DNA of 64,000 nt, taken from the NCBI GenBank assembly GCA_965215505.1, contig OZ244065.1:2080001-2144000 (forward strand), given 5' to 3'. Source of the stretch: Capsulimonadaceae bacterium (GTDB lineage: Bacteria > Armatimonadota > Armatimonadia > Armatimonadales > Capsulimonadaceae). The notes beneath the pieces are model-generated. The model was not told the DNA's origin and made no database searches. It was given only the letters and a program-made list of their open reading frames with translations. Within the stretch, counting starts at the first letter, position 1. Every line of letters begins with the position of its first letter. Positions 28,400 through 37,583 of the stretch are shown piece by piece. Position numbers and translations under genes: made by a program.

Positions 28400-30382
28400 T
28401 TACTGCGCCCGGTTCAAGACGGTGTCCACGCTGTGGACTTTGAAGCGGTCGCGCTCTTTCCAGGCGACGACGGACCGGACGGACAGCCCGCGCACGGCGG
28501 TGACGGTGACCTGAGAGACGGTCGGCCCGCCCGTGGAGGTCGTCGGCAGGCCGCCGGTGAGCGTTGGGTCGGTCAGGTTGACGGTGACGTAGTTCGTGGC
28601 TCCCAAGGTCGTCACGACGGGCGAGATGGCGATGGTGCCGGCGAAGGTCTTGAGCTGCGACGCACTCCCAGTGGTGAGAAGGTAGGTGCCGTCGATCTCG
28701 ACGGACTTCTCGGCGTCGGAGCGCGGGAAGTAAAGGTTCTGCGTCCCGCTGTTCGACTGATCCACAGCGTACTGTCCGGGCTGTAGCATCGGGTCGTTTG
28801 CCCCCGTCACGATGGTCGGACTCTGGGTGTAGTAGCCCGGTGCCTTCTGCACGGCCACGGTCCAGTCTTCGTCGCCCACATAGAAGAGGCGGATGCGATG
28901 AGTCTTCGGCGTTTTGTCGTTTGGGTTATCACCGAATGCGTTGGAACCAATTGTCACGCGACCCGTCGAGAAGCTAACACTTATGTACGTCTTCGGGTCT
29001 GGGCTTGGCCCTTGTACATCTTCATCCCAGATGTTGCCTTGCGTGGCTGTCGGGTCCACGACGGGAGTAGCGGGGCCGGCCACCTTCCCAGTGTCCAAGT
29101 CCAGGGCAATCATGCTCAGAAAGCTGTTCGGGATCAAACCCGTGTAAATGGAGTTGTCCGGATTGTTATCACCCGCCCGCTTCAAGTTTTTGAGCGTCAG
29201 GCGCGTCGCCGTCGTGTCCGTACCGCTTAGAGCGGGAATGTCCCGGTCCTCATGCAGCACCTTCCAGCTATAAGTCAGGTATGAAATCCGGGCTTTGAGC
29301 GCGTTGCTGCCGGAACCACCCGCCCCGAGAGGGTTGAACACGATTCCACCGACGTTCGCCAATGAGTTTCCTGACCCATCCATGATGTTGGGCGAGGTCA
29401 AGGTGAACTCGTAAGGGTCCGCGTCGAAGCCGTAGGGGTTGGCGGCAGTGACGGCCCCTGTGGGGGCCTTGAAGGCCCGGTACAGCGTCACGGCCTTCCA
29501 CGGGAGCGGCGGTGTGCCGGGGGAGGCACTCGTGTTGTATTTGTATGTAGTGCCCGAAGCGGCCGTGTTCGTACCGGCGGGGTCAAACCAGCCGCCGTTG
29601 TAGTAGGTTTGCGAGTCCGCGAAGTAGGGCGGGTGCGCGCCGTAGCTATAATCGTGCGGGTCGGTGGTCGCAGGGGACCCGCCATTGCCGGAGGCCGGCA
29701 CGGTAAAGTTCAGCGTGTACACCCGATCCGTCTTCGTTGTGGGGTCGGTGGCGACGACCAGCAGCACGAAGGGCTGGCTGTAGGTCTGTGCGTAAGGCAC
29801 GGCGACTTTGCCGTCGGTGTAGTCCACCAGGAGCCGCTGCTGCCCTGGGAAGATCGTCGCCTGCGGGTAGTCCGGGGTCGCCGACAGGGCATCATTGAAG
29901 TTGCCGGGCGAAGCCTGCCAGTAGGTGCTGTTGATCGAAAGGTAGCTCGCCAGGTTGGTGGCGGTCATGGCGACCGGCATCACGATGGGACCGTAGTTGA
30001 CGACATAGATGGACTGGCGGGTCGCACCCGTCGCCGCCGGGACGGTGATTGTCTCGTTGTTGATGACGCGGGCGTTGTCCAGCAGCGTCGGGTCATCGGG
30101 GTCATAGTTTGCATCGGCGGCGGAGGCCAATGTCAGGTCCTTCGTGGACGAGTTGATCGGCAGGATGGACTCGGGCAGGTTCGCCGTGTTCTGCGTCTGG
30201 GTCTGCACGGCGGCCTGACCGAGACTATCGGCCAGGGCGGAGTTGCCGACGCTGGTGATGGAGAAAAAGCCGCTGGGGTACAGGCGCACGATGATGAGGA
30301 TGCCCAGCACCAGGAGTACCAGGACGACCAGGACCTCGATCAGCGAGACGCCGCGCCGCGTTCGTTTTCGCATTTTTCCCAT
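28400..30382 (-). CDS. Giant PilV/GspI-like minor pilin (660 aa)
   Basis: RRG|VSLIEVLVVLVLLVLGILII prepilin motif. Confidence 0.8.
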   Translation of the reverse strand: MGKMRKRTRRGVSLIEVLVVLVLLVLGILIIVRLYPSGFFSITSVGNSALADSLGQAAVQTQTQNTANLPESILPINSSTKDLTLASAADANYDPDDPTLLDNARVINNETITVPAATGATRQSIYVVNYGPIVMPVAMTATNLASYLSINSTYWQASPGNFNDALSATPDYPQATIFPGQQRLLVDYTDGKVAVPYAQTYSQPFVLLVVATDPTTKTDRVYTLNFTVPASGNGGSPATTDPHDYSYGAHPPYFADSQTYYNGGWFDPAGTNTAASGTTYKYNTSASPGTPPLPWKAVTLYRAFKAPTGAVTAANPYGFDADPYEFTLTSPNIMDGSGNSLANVGGIVFNPLGAGGSGSNALKARISYLTYSWKVLHEDRDIPALSGTDTTATRLTLKNLKRAGDNNPDNSIYTGLIPNSFLSMIALDLDTGKVAGPATPVVDPTATQGNIWDEDVQGPSPDPKTYISVSFSTGRVTIGSNAFGDNPNDKTPKTHRIRLFYVGDEDWTVAVQKAPGYYTQSPTIVTGANDPMLQPGQYAVDQSNSGTQNLYFPRSDAEKSVEIDGTYLLTTGSASQLKTFAGTIAISPVVTTLGATNYVTVNLTDPTLTGGLPTTSTGGPTVSQVTVTAVRGLSVRSVVAWKERDRFKVHSVDTVLNRAQ

Positions 30383-30440
30383 ACCGCTCTTGCTGTCTTT
30401 CGTGTACCGAATGACTGAAACCTCGGAGCCTGAACGGCGA

Positions 30441-31394
30441 CTACTGCTGCAACGGGAAGCGCCAGAAGGTGTTCACACCCTCTTGGACTTGGAAGTCTTC
30501 GGCCTTCAATTTCCGAACCGCCCCACTCTGGAACATGACCAGCACCTTGTCTGCATTGTGGACATGGTACGAAGTCAGCATGATGACTGTGTCAGCGGGT
30601 GGATTCTGCCACCGCAGTTGCCGCCTGTAGTCGGCTTTCATCTGATCGGTACTGAGTACAAGACTCGGATCGCAGTACTTCGGAGGGTAATTGGCAGAGG
30701 GATTTGCCGGCGGTGGTGGGCAGACTGTTCCCTCATGGGCAAGTTGGTATCGGGGCAGAAACGTAGCCCCTACCTGATTGCCTGCCGTGACGACGGGGCC
30801 ACTGTCGTAGGCATCCAGCTTGAAAAAAGTGCGGTTCGTCGCCACGACTTGTCCCGCATCGGCAGTACTACAGGCGCTGGTAACATTGCCATTAAGTGCC
30901 TGATCGTTACTGGAGTTGCAGGGCGCAATCATGTTTACCGTCAGGGCAGAAGTAACCTGCGGCGTCGCATTCACGTCTAGATCGTTGTTGGGATCGGTGA
31001 ACTCGTTCGGGTCCTTGATGTAGGCGGGATACAGGCCGGGGAAGGCAATCTGGGTCTGCGTAGTGCCATTCTTGGCGTCATAAGCCTGCGCCTTTGCCAA
31101 AGCGTTCCCCAAGTTCGTGCTTGAGTCCGTGTAGCCGCCGGGGATGGCATAGCCGAACAGCACGTCCGGGTATCGGTGGTTGTCCAGCTTGTACTGCTCC
31201 ATCTTCTGCTGGATGTCCTTCATGTTGGAGATGGCGACGCTCTGGCGCGAGCCTTCCCGGACGGAGGCGAAAACGGGCAGCAGGATCGCCGTGAGAATCG
31301 CTATGATGGCGATGACGACGAGCAGTTCGATCAGCGTGAAGCCGATGGTAAAGCCGGGGGTGAAACCACGGGGACGGCGGCGCGAGGGTGCCAT
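30441..31394 (-). CDS. Prepilin-type N-terminal cleavage/methylation protein (DUF1559/GspG-like, 317 aa)
   Basis: G|FTLIELLVVIAIIAILTAILLPVFASVRE...SNMKDI. Confidence 0.9.
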   Translation of the reverse strand: MAPSRRRPRGFTPGFTIGFTLIELLVVIAIIAILTAILLPVFASVREGSRQSVAISNMKDIQQKMEQYKLDNHRYPDVLFGYAIPGGYTDSSTNLGNALAKAQAYDAKNGTTQTQIAFPGLYPAYIKDPNEFTDPNNDLDVNATPQVTSALTVNMIAPCNSSNDQALNGNVTSACSTADAGQVVATNRTFFKLDAYDSGPVVTAGNQVGATFLPRYQLAHEGTVCPPPPANPSANYPPKYCDPSLVLSTDQMKADYRRQLRWQNPPADTVIMLTSYHVHNADKVLVMFQSGAVRKLKAEDFQVQEGVNTFWRFPLQQ

Positions 31395-31540
31395 GATGAT
31401 GCTCCTGGATCGAGTGAAAGGGCAGGCGATGTGTGCCTCCCGCAGCCACGGACAAGTGTAACTGCTGGTTGACGACGTGAAAACCAGGAATGTTCCCGGC
31501 TCACGGAAAAAGTTTCAGGTATTTTTGGCTGTGAAACGGC

Positions 31541-32584
31541 TTAGAAGCCGAAGAGGCCCGCCGGGGCGGCACCGGTCGTGTCCAGGCCGCCAAGGAACCG
31601 TCCGACATACCAGGCGGCGACGGCGTGGCCGTAGAACAGAGCGAGCAGCGCCCCGATCGCCATGGAGGGGCCAAAGGGCATGGCGACGCGTTCGCCCAGC
31701 CGCCGCCGCTGGCGGACCAGGATCACCATCCCGGCCAGCCCGCCCGCGCCGATGGCGAAGAGGAGGGAGCCGAAGGCCAGGCTCAGGCCGATGTTGGCCC
31801 CGATAAGGGCGGCAAGCTTGCCGTCGCCGCTGCCCATGCCGCCCGCGTCCTCGTCCTCCTCGATCTCCTCGCCGGTGAAGCCCTCCAGGGCCGGCTTCGC
31901 GCCCCAGCGCGCCTCGACCCAGCGGCGCACGGGGGGGATGAGTGTCCCCAGATAGTACAGGCTGTTGTAGGCCCAGTCCTCGGCATTGTCGCGCAGGTAG
32001 CCGCCGGCAGCCTGGCCGACGCCCATGCGCTTGTCTACCAACGAGACCAGGACGACATAGGAAACCAGGCCGATGAGGTAGATCACGCCGGCATAGCCGA
32101 ACAGGCCGGCGACGGAGTCCCGAAATGTCCCCGCGATCAGGCCGTGGGCCAGGCCGAGCAGGATGCCCAGCACGCACAGGCCGTCGTCGATCACGAAATG
32201 CTCCAGGTCAATGAAGAAGACGCAGATGAGGAGAGCCGTGAACAGACAGAGGAAGACGGCGTCGTACCACATGCCGCCGGTCTTCCAGGTGTACCAGGTG
32301 ACGGCGGCGAACAGCAGGCCGGTCAGCGCCTCGACGCCGGGGTAGCGCCACGAGATCGGCTCCCGGCAGTAGCGGCACTTCGCGCGCAGCAGGAGGAACG
32401 ACAGCACGGGGACAAGGTCCAAAGCCCCCAGGCGATGTTCGCACCGGGGGCAGTAGGACCAGGTCGGGGCGGTGATGCTGCCGCCGCGCGGCAGCCGCCA
32501 GATGACCACATTCAGGAAGGAGCCGATGGTGACGCCGTAGGCCGAGGCCGCCACGAGCCAGAAAGCCAGCGGCAGGCTGTCTAT
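31541..32584 (-). CDS. pilD: Prepilin peptidase/N-methyltransferase (A24); start ATA 32584 or GTG 32554
   Basis: IGSFLNVVIWRLP, CPRC..L...DLVP..S...LRAKCRYC, FIDLEH, GMGSGDGKL, MPFGP. Confidence 0.92.
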   Translation of the reverse strand: MDSLPLAFWLVAASAYGVTIGSFLNVVIWRLPRGGSITAPTWSYCPRCEHRLGALDLVPVLSFLLLRAKCRYCREPISWRYPGVEALTGLLFAAVTWYTWKTGGMWYDAVFLCLFTALLICVFFIDLEHFVIDDGLCVLGILLGLAHGLIAGTFRDSVAGLFGYAGVIYLIGLVSYVVLVSLVDKRMGVGQAAGGYLRDNAEDWAYNSLYYLGTLIPPVRRWVEARWGAKPALEGFTGEEIEEDEDAGGMGSGDGKLAALIGANIGLSLAFGSLLFAIGAGGLAGMVILVRQRRRLGERVAMPFGPSMAIGALLALFYGHAVAAWYVGRFLGGLDTTGAAPAGLFGF

Positions 32585-33837
32585 TCGTTCTGACCCTTTT
32601 CCGTGCCGTCGCCGCCCGAGAGCGACTGGATCAGGACGATCATCGGCATGAACATGCCCAGGATGATTAACAGGACCGCGACGCCCAGGAAGCAGATCAG
32701 CATCGGCTCGATGGCGACGGCGAGTGCGGCCAGGGCGGCGTCCACCTCGTCCTCGTAGAAGTCGGCGATCTTGGCGAGCATGGCGTCGAGCGAGCCGGAC
32801 TCCTCGCCGATGGAGATCATCTGGACGACCATGGGCGGGAACAGCTTGGACTTGATCAGCGGGTCGCCGATGCGGTCGCCCTCGCGGATGCGGGCGCGGG
32901 CCTCCATGATGGCGTCCGAGATGACGATATTGGAGACCGTGCCGGCGACCGTCTCCAGCGCCTGGAGGATGGGGACGCCCGAGGTCAGCAGGGTGCCCAG
33001 GGTGCGCGAGAAGCGGGCCAGGGCGACCTTGTGGTTCAGCTTGCCGAAGACGGGCACTTTCAGCTTGAATTTGTCCCAGGCATGCAGGCCGAAGTTCGTC
33101 TTGACAAACGCTTTGAAGGCGATGTTGAAGGCGACGACGATCAGGATGACGGCCCACAGCTTGTAGGTCAGGAAGTCCGAAACCGCGACCAGGCCGAGGG
33201 TCAGGGCGGGGAAGTCCGCCCGGCCGTGCGGCAGCATCGTCTCGAACAAGCCAAGGAAGGTCGGAACGATAAACCGGCAGAGGCCAGTCACAATCAGGAC
33301 GGCCGCGCCCATGACGATGGACGGGTAAGTCATGGCCGACTTGATCTTGCGCTTCATCTCGACGTCTTTTTCGAGGAACGTCGAGAGCCGCTGCAAGGTC
33401 TCCTCCAGGACGCCGCCGACCTCGCCCGCGCGGACAAGTCCGATGAACAGGTTGGAAAAGACGCTGGGGTACTTCGCCATGCTCTTGGAAAGGGTGTTCC
33501 CCGCCTCGACCTCTTTCAGCACGTCCAAAATGATCCGCTTGAAGCGGGCGTTGGACTGCTGCTGGCTGAGGACGTCGAGGCAGCGGACAAGCGAGACGCC
33601 CGCGTCAATCATGGTGGAGAACTGGCGACAGAAGATGGAAAGCTCGGTGAGCTTGACCTTCTGCAAGTTCTCGAACCAGTTGCCGCCGGCCTTTTTGGCT
33701 TTGGCGGCCTTGATTTCGGAGATGACGAAGCCCTGCTCGCGCAGGCGCCGGGCGAGGACGTCCGGGTTTTCCGCCTCCGAGGTGCCGTTCCGCATGGTGC
33801 CGGCGGCGTCTCGGACGGTGTATGCATATGTTGCCAT
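32581..33837 (-). CDS. pilC: Type IV pilus inner-membrane platform protein (GspF family)
   Basis: FCRQFSTMIDAGV, AGEVGG, SAMTYP, IGEESGSLD motifs. Confidence 0.95.
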   Translation of the reverse strand: MATYAYTVRDAAGTMRNGTSEAENPDVLARRLREQGFVISEIKAAKAKKAGGNWFENLQKVKLTELSIFCRQFSTMIDAGVSLVRCLDVLSQQQSNARFKRIILDVLKEVEAGNTLSKSMAKYPSVFSNLFIGLVRAGEVGGVLEETLQRLSTFLEKDVEMKRKIKSAMTYPSIVMGAAVLIVTGLCRFIVPTFLGLFETMLPHGRADFPALTLGLVAVSDFLTYKLWAVILIVVAFNIAFKAFVKTNFGLHAWDKFKLKVPVFGKLNHKVALARFSRTLGTLLTSGVPILQALETVAGTVSNIVISDAIMEARARIREGDRIGDPLIKSKLFPPMVVQMISIGEESGSLDAMLAKIADFYEDEVDAALAALAVAIEPMLICFLGVAVLLIILGMFMPMIVLIQSLSGGDGTEKGQNE

Positions 33838-33892
33838 GGTGGTGCTGCTCCTTGCGAGCGGGACTTTGAACGATTGTGTTGTGCGCCGTCAG

Positions 33893-34024
33893 GACGAGTG
33901 AATGAATTCACTCGCTACGCGGGAAGCGTCCAGGGGACGCGGGAGCGGCACAGGCCGCCGGATCATTCCGATCTTCTGTCCCCTGAGCAGGTCCGATGAC
34001 AGCGAGTGATTTCAATCACTCGTC
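33893..34024. repeat. REP doublet (REPIN): two inverted 24-bp palindromes in the pilT-pilC spacer
   Basis: gacgagtgaatgaattcactcgct (33893-33916) and agcgagtgatttcaatcactcgtc (34001-34024), plus inner IR caggggac/gtcccctg. GTAG foot on the first copy. Confidence 0.8.
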
Positions 34025-34120
34025 GTACTCGTCATCCCGGATTTTCGCCTGCCTGGTCTTGTGTAACGCTATTCTACCGCAAAACGGTTCGGCCCGCGCC
34101 AAATTGTTTTGCGCGCGGCG

Positions 34121-35398
34121 CTACCGGCCCGAGGGGCGCGGGGCACCCGGCCTGCCGCCGCCCGCACCCGCCGTCGGGTCGGCGTCGCCCTGAAGCATCC
34201 GCTTCAGCTCTTCCGCATTCTGCGCGCGGCCCAGGGCGCTCTCAAAGGTGATTTTGCCTTCCACATACAGGTTCCGCAGGCAAAGGTCGGTCGTGATCAT
34301 GCCGACGTTGGCCGAGGTCTGGATGATGGAGGTGATCTGCTGCGGCTTGGCCTCGCGGATCAGGTTGCGGATGGCCGCCGTGGCGATCATGATCTCCTGG
34401 GCGGCGATGCGGCCCCGCCCGGTCTGCGCCTGGTAGTTGGCCGTCGTCGGGATGAGCTGCTGGGAGATGATCGCCTGGAGGTTGCCCGAGAGCTGGAGGC
34501 GCACCTGCTCCTTGGCTCCGTCCGGAAAGCTGTCCACGATGCGGTCCACCGAGGAGGCCGCCGAGTTGGTGTGCAGGGTGCCGAACACGAGGTGGCCGGT
34601 TTCCGCCGCCGAGACCGCGAGCTGCATCGTCTCCTGGTCGCGCATCTCGCCGACAAGGATGACGTCCGGGTCTTCCCGGAGGGAGGCGCGCAGGGCGTTC
34701 GCGAAACTCTTGGTGTCCATGCCTAGCTCGCGCTGGTTGATGATGGAGAGCCGGTGGTTATGCACGAACTCGATGGGGTCTTCGATGGTGATGATGTGTT
34801 CCGACCGGTTGACGTTGATGTGGTTGATCATCGCCGCCAGCGTCGTGGACTTGCCCGAGCCGGTCGGTCCGGTGACCAGGATCAGGCCGCGCCGCGTGTG
34901 GGTCAGCTTCTCCAGGATCGGCGGCATGCCCATGTCTTCCAGACTCGGGATCTTGGTGGGGATCAGCCGCAGGGAGGCGGCGACGCTGCCCTTGTCCTTG
35001 AAGATGTTGACCCGGAAGCGCGCTTTCTTGCCCAAGGCATAGGAAAAGTCAAGCTCCCAGTTGCTTTCGAACTTCTGGATCTGCTCGTCCGTCAGGATGG
35101 CGTACATCATCTGCTGGATGTCCAGCGCGCTCATGTTCTCGTAAGGGGTCGGCTCCAAGGAGCCGTCCGCCCGGATGACCGGCGGGATTCCCTGGGCGAG
35201 ATGCAGGTCGGAGGAGCCTTTCGTCGCGTAGACGAGGTCCAGCAGTTCGTCGATGTGCAGGTCCTGGACGGACTTCTTCTGCTGCTTCGCGACCGGGCGC
35301 GGCTGGAACTGCGGCACGGCCTGTGGGCTTGTGCCTGCGGCCCCGTTCGCCTGCGGCGGCGTTTGGGACGCGGTAGGTGTTCCGATCGGATCTGCCAT
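34121..35398 (-). CDS. pilT: Type IV pilus retraction ATPase PilT
   Basis: GPTGSGKSTT, TIEDPIE, LREDPDVILVGEMRD, TLHT and AIRNLIRE motifs. Confidence 0.95.
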   Translation of the reverse strand: MADPIGTPTASQTPPQANGAAGTSPQAVPQFQPRPVAKQQKKSVQDLHIDELLDLVYATKGSSDLHLAQGIPPVIRADGSLEPTPYENMSALDIQQMMYAILTDEQIQKFESNWELDFSYALGKKARFRVNIFKDKGSVAASLRLIPTKIPSLEDMGMPPILEKLTHTRRGLILVTGPTGSGKSTTLAAMINHINVNRSEHIITIEDPIEFVHNHRLSIINQRELGMDTKSFANALRASLREDPDVILVGEMRDQETMQLAVSAAETGHLVFGTLHTNSAASSVDRIVDSFPDGAKEQVRLQLSGNLQAIISQQLIPTTANYQAQTGRGRIAAQEIMIATAAIRNLIREAKPQQITSIIQTSANVGMITTDLCLRNLYVEGKITFESALGRAQNAEELKRMLQGDADPTAGAGGGRPGAPRPSGR

Positions 35399-35427
35399 GA
35401 GAGTACTGCCTTTCGATAAACCATGAG

Positions 35428-35455
35428 GCCCCCGGCTCCGCAAGGAGCCGGGGGC
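35428..35455. other. Perfect 12-bp GC hairpin between pilB and pilT (no U-tract)
   Basis: GCCCCCGGCTCC-GCAA-GGAGCCGGGGGC. Confidence 0.6.
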
Positions 35456-35465
35456 GATCCAATGA

Positions 35466-37358
35466 CTAGAAGCCCGCCGTGAAGACGACGCGCATGACCT
35501 CATCAGGGCTGGTCATGCCTTCCAGAATCTTCAGCAGGCCGTCCTCGCGCAGTTCCAGCATCCCGTTCGCCTTGGCGGCCTCGCGAATGTCGGCGACCGG
35601 GGCGCGGCGGACGACGAGTTCAGCGATCTCCTCGTTCATCGTCATCAGCTCGTACAGGCCCACACGCCCCTTGTACCCCTTGAAGCGGCACTCCTCGCAG
35701 CCCTTGCCCTCGTAGAGCGTGACCATCGCGTTCGGGTCTTCGTTCTTGTACCCGAACTTGGCGAGGAAGCTGCCCGGCACCTGATAGGGTGACTTGCAGT
35801 TGGAGCAGACCTTGCGGCAGAGCCGCTGGGCCATGATCGCCTGCACGGTGGCCGCGATCAGGTAGGTCTCGATGCCCATGTCGGCCAGGCGCATGACGGC
35901 CGAGGGCGCGTCATTAGTGTGCAGCGTGGACAGGACGAGGTGGCCCGTCAGCGACGCTTCCACAGCGATCTGGGCAGTTTCGAGGTCGCGCATCTCGCCG
36001 ACCATGATGATGTCCGGGTCTTGCCGCAGGAACGAGCGCAGGGCCGTCGCGAAGGTCAGCCCAGCCTTCTTGTTGATCTGCACCTGAGAGACACCCGACA
36101 ACTGGTACTCGACCGGGTCCTCGACGGTGATGATGTTCTTCTCGACCGAGTTGATCTTGTGCAGGACCGAGTAGAGCGTGGTCGTCTTGCCCGAGCCGGT
36201 CGGCCCGGTGGTCAGGAACATGCCGTTCGGCTGGGCCACGATCTCTTCGAGCTTGGACTGGACTTCCGGCGTAAAGCCAAGCTTGTTCAGGCCGAGCAGG
36301 ACGCTGGTCTTGTCCAGGATACGCATGACGATCTTTTCGCCGAACATGGTGGGCAGACAGGAGACGCGCATGTCATAGTCTTTGCCCTCGTGGCGGACGG
36401 GGATGCGTCCGTCCTGCGGCACGCGCCGCTCGGCGATGTTCAGCTCGGCCATGATCTTGAAGCGCGAGATGAGGGCCGCCTGGATGTGCTTCGGCACGGT
36501 CATCGTCTCGTTCAGGACGCCGTCAATCCGGTAGCGGATGCGGACGCCCTTGATGCCCGGCTCGATGTGGATGTCCGAAGCCTTCTCGCGGATCGCCTGC
36601 ATCATGATGGCGTGGGCGATGCGGATGATCGGGGCCTCTTCCGACATGCTCTCCATCGCGGCGTCGTCGTCTTCCACGCCTGCCCCGCCCAATTCGGTGA
36701 TCTCGCCCTTGATCGCCTGTTCCAGCTCGGAGGGGCCGGTCTCGGTGATCTGAAGGTCGGGCCGGGGCGCAAGGCCGGTCGGCCCTTCCATGACGATGGC
36801 GGGCGTGATATCGCCCTTGTCCTTGATGACCTGCGGGAAGGCCGAGATGGCGGTGCCGTTGGTCAGGGGGCCGGTGCCGGGGCGGTTGCCGTTCCCGTTG
36901 CCCATGCTGCCGCTGTAGGCGCGGATGATGGCCTCCTCGATCTCGCTCTTGGTGGCGAGGACGGAGGTGATCTTGCAGCGCGAAACCAGCTTGACGTCGT
37001 CCAGACCCACCGCGCCGGTCTTGACGTCGCCGATGGCGACCATCAGCCGGTTGGGCGTGACGGAGTTATCGCGCTTGATCGGGAGTATGTTATAGCGTTT
37101 GGCGATGTGTTCGGGGACGGCCTTGATCGCCGCCGGGTCAATCGGCGTCTTGCCCAGGTCCACGAATTGCAGTCCCAGGGTCGCCGCGCGGGCCGAGGCG
37201 ACGTCCTTCTCCGAGGCGAGCTGCAAGTCCTGGATGATCGAGCCGAGGTCGCCGGGGGCGCTCTTCTGGACGTTGCGCGCGTCGTCGAGCTGCTGCTCCG
37301 TGAGCATCCCCCGCTCGACCAGCACTTCGCCGATAGTTTTCTTAGCCTGCATTACCAT
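35466..37358 (-). CDS. pilB: Type IV pilus assembly ATPase PilB (GspE family)
   Basis: ASDIHIEP, ERRVPQDGR, GPTGSGKTTT, RQDPDIIMVGEMRD, Zn motif CSNC...CEEC, MshEN-like N-terminal IGEVLVERG. Confidence 0.95.
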   Translation of the reverse strand: MVMQAKKTIGEVLVERGMLTEQQLDDARNVQKSAPGDLGSIIQDLQLASEKDVASARAATLGLQFVDLGKTPIDPAAIKAVPEHIAKRYNILPIKRDNSVTPNRLMVAIGDVKTGAVGLDDVKLVSRCKITSVLATKSEIEEAIIRAYSGSMGNGNGNRPGTGPLTNGTAISAFPQVIKDKGDITPAIVMEGPTGLAPRPDLQITETGPSELEQAIKGEITELGGAGVEDDDAAMESMSEEAPIIRIAHAIMMQAIREKASDIHIEPGIKGVRIRYRIDGVLNETMTVPKHIQAALISRFKIMAELNIAERRVPQDGRIPVRHEGKDYDMRVSCLPTMFGEKIVMRILDKTSVLLGLNKLGFTPEVQSKLEEIVAQPNGMFLTTGPTGSGKTTTLYSVLHKINSVEKNIITVEDPVEYQLSGVSQVQINKKAGLTFATALRSFLRQDPDIIMVGEMRDLETAQIAVEASLTGHLVLSTLHTNDAPSAVMRLADMGIETYLIAATVQAIMAQRLCRKVCSNCKSPYQVPGSFLAKFGYKNEDPNAMVTLYEGKGCEECRFKGYKGRVGLYELMTMNEEIAELVVRRAPVADIREAAKANGMLELREDGLLKILEGMTSPDEVMRVVFTAGF

Positions 37359-37583
37359 GTTGGAAGTCTGCCTCCTTACGCAGTCCCTGTCTTCACTCGT
37401 GTTGTAAATCGTGTCGGAAACCGTGCGGACGATGAATAGATGAAAATGGCTTCAGCGGTGTCTGGGACACCGAGGCTGGACACCAGCCGGGAGTGACGAT
37501 GCGTAGGGCCGGGGCTGTTGCGCGGGGCGGGCGGAGCCGGCGAGAGAACGGGCGACGGGAGCCGCGGCGGTGCGGCGCTTCCC

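Noticed and set aside
32585-33157. Long upstream extension of the pilD ORF, or a PilC-PilD fusion
   Set aside because: Off-frame overlap with pilC giving low-complexity sequence. No slippery site was seen.
30441-37358. Type II secretion system
   Set aside because: A bona fide PilT with AIRNLIRE indicates a retractile type IV pilus, and no GspC/D/L/M are in the window.
37359-37580. c-di-GMP riboswitch in the pilB leader
   Set aside because: No recognisable GEMM consensus by eye.
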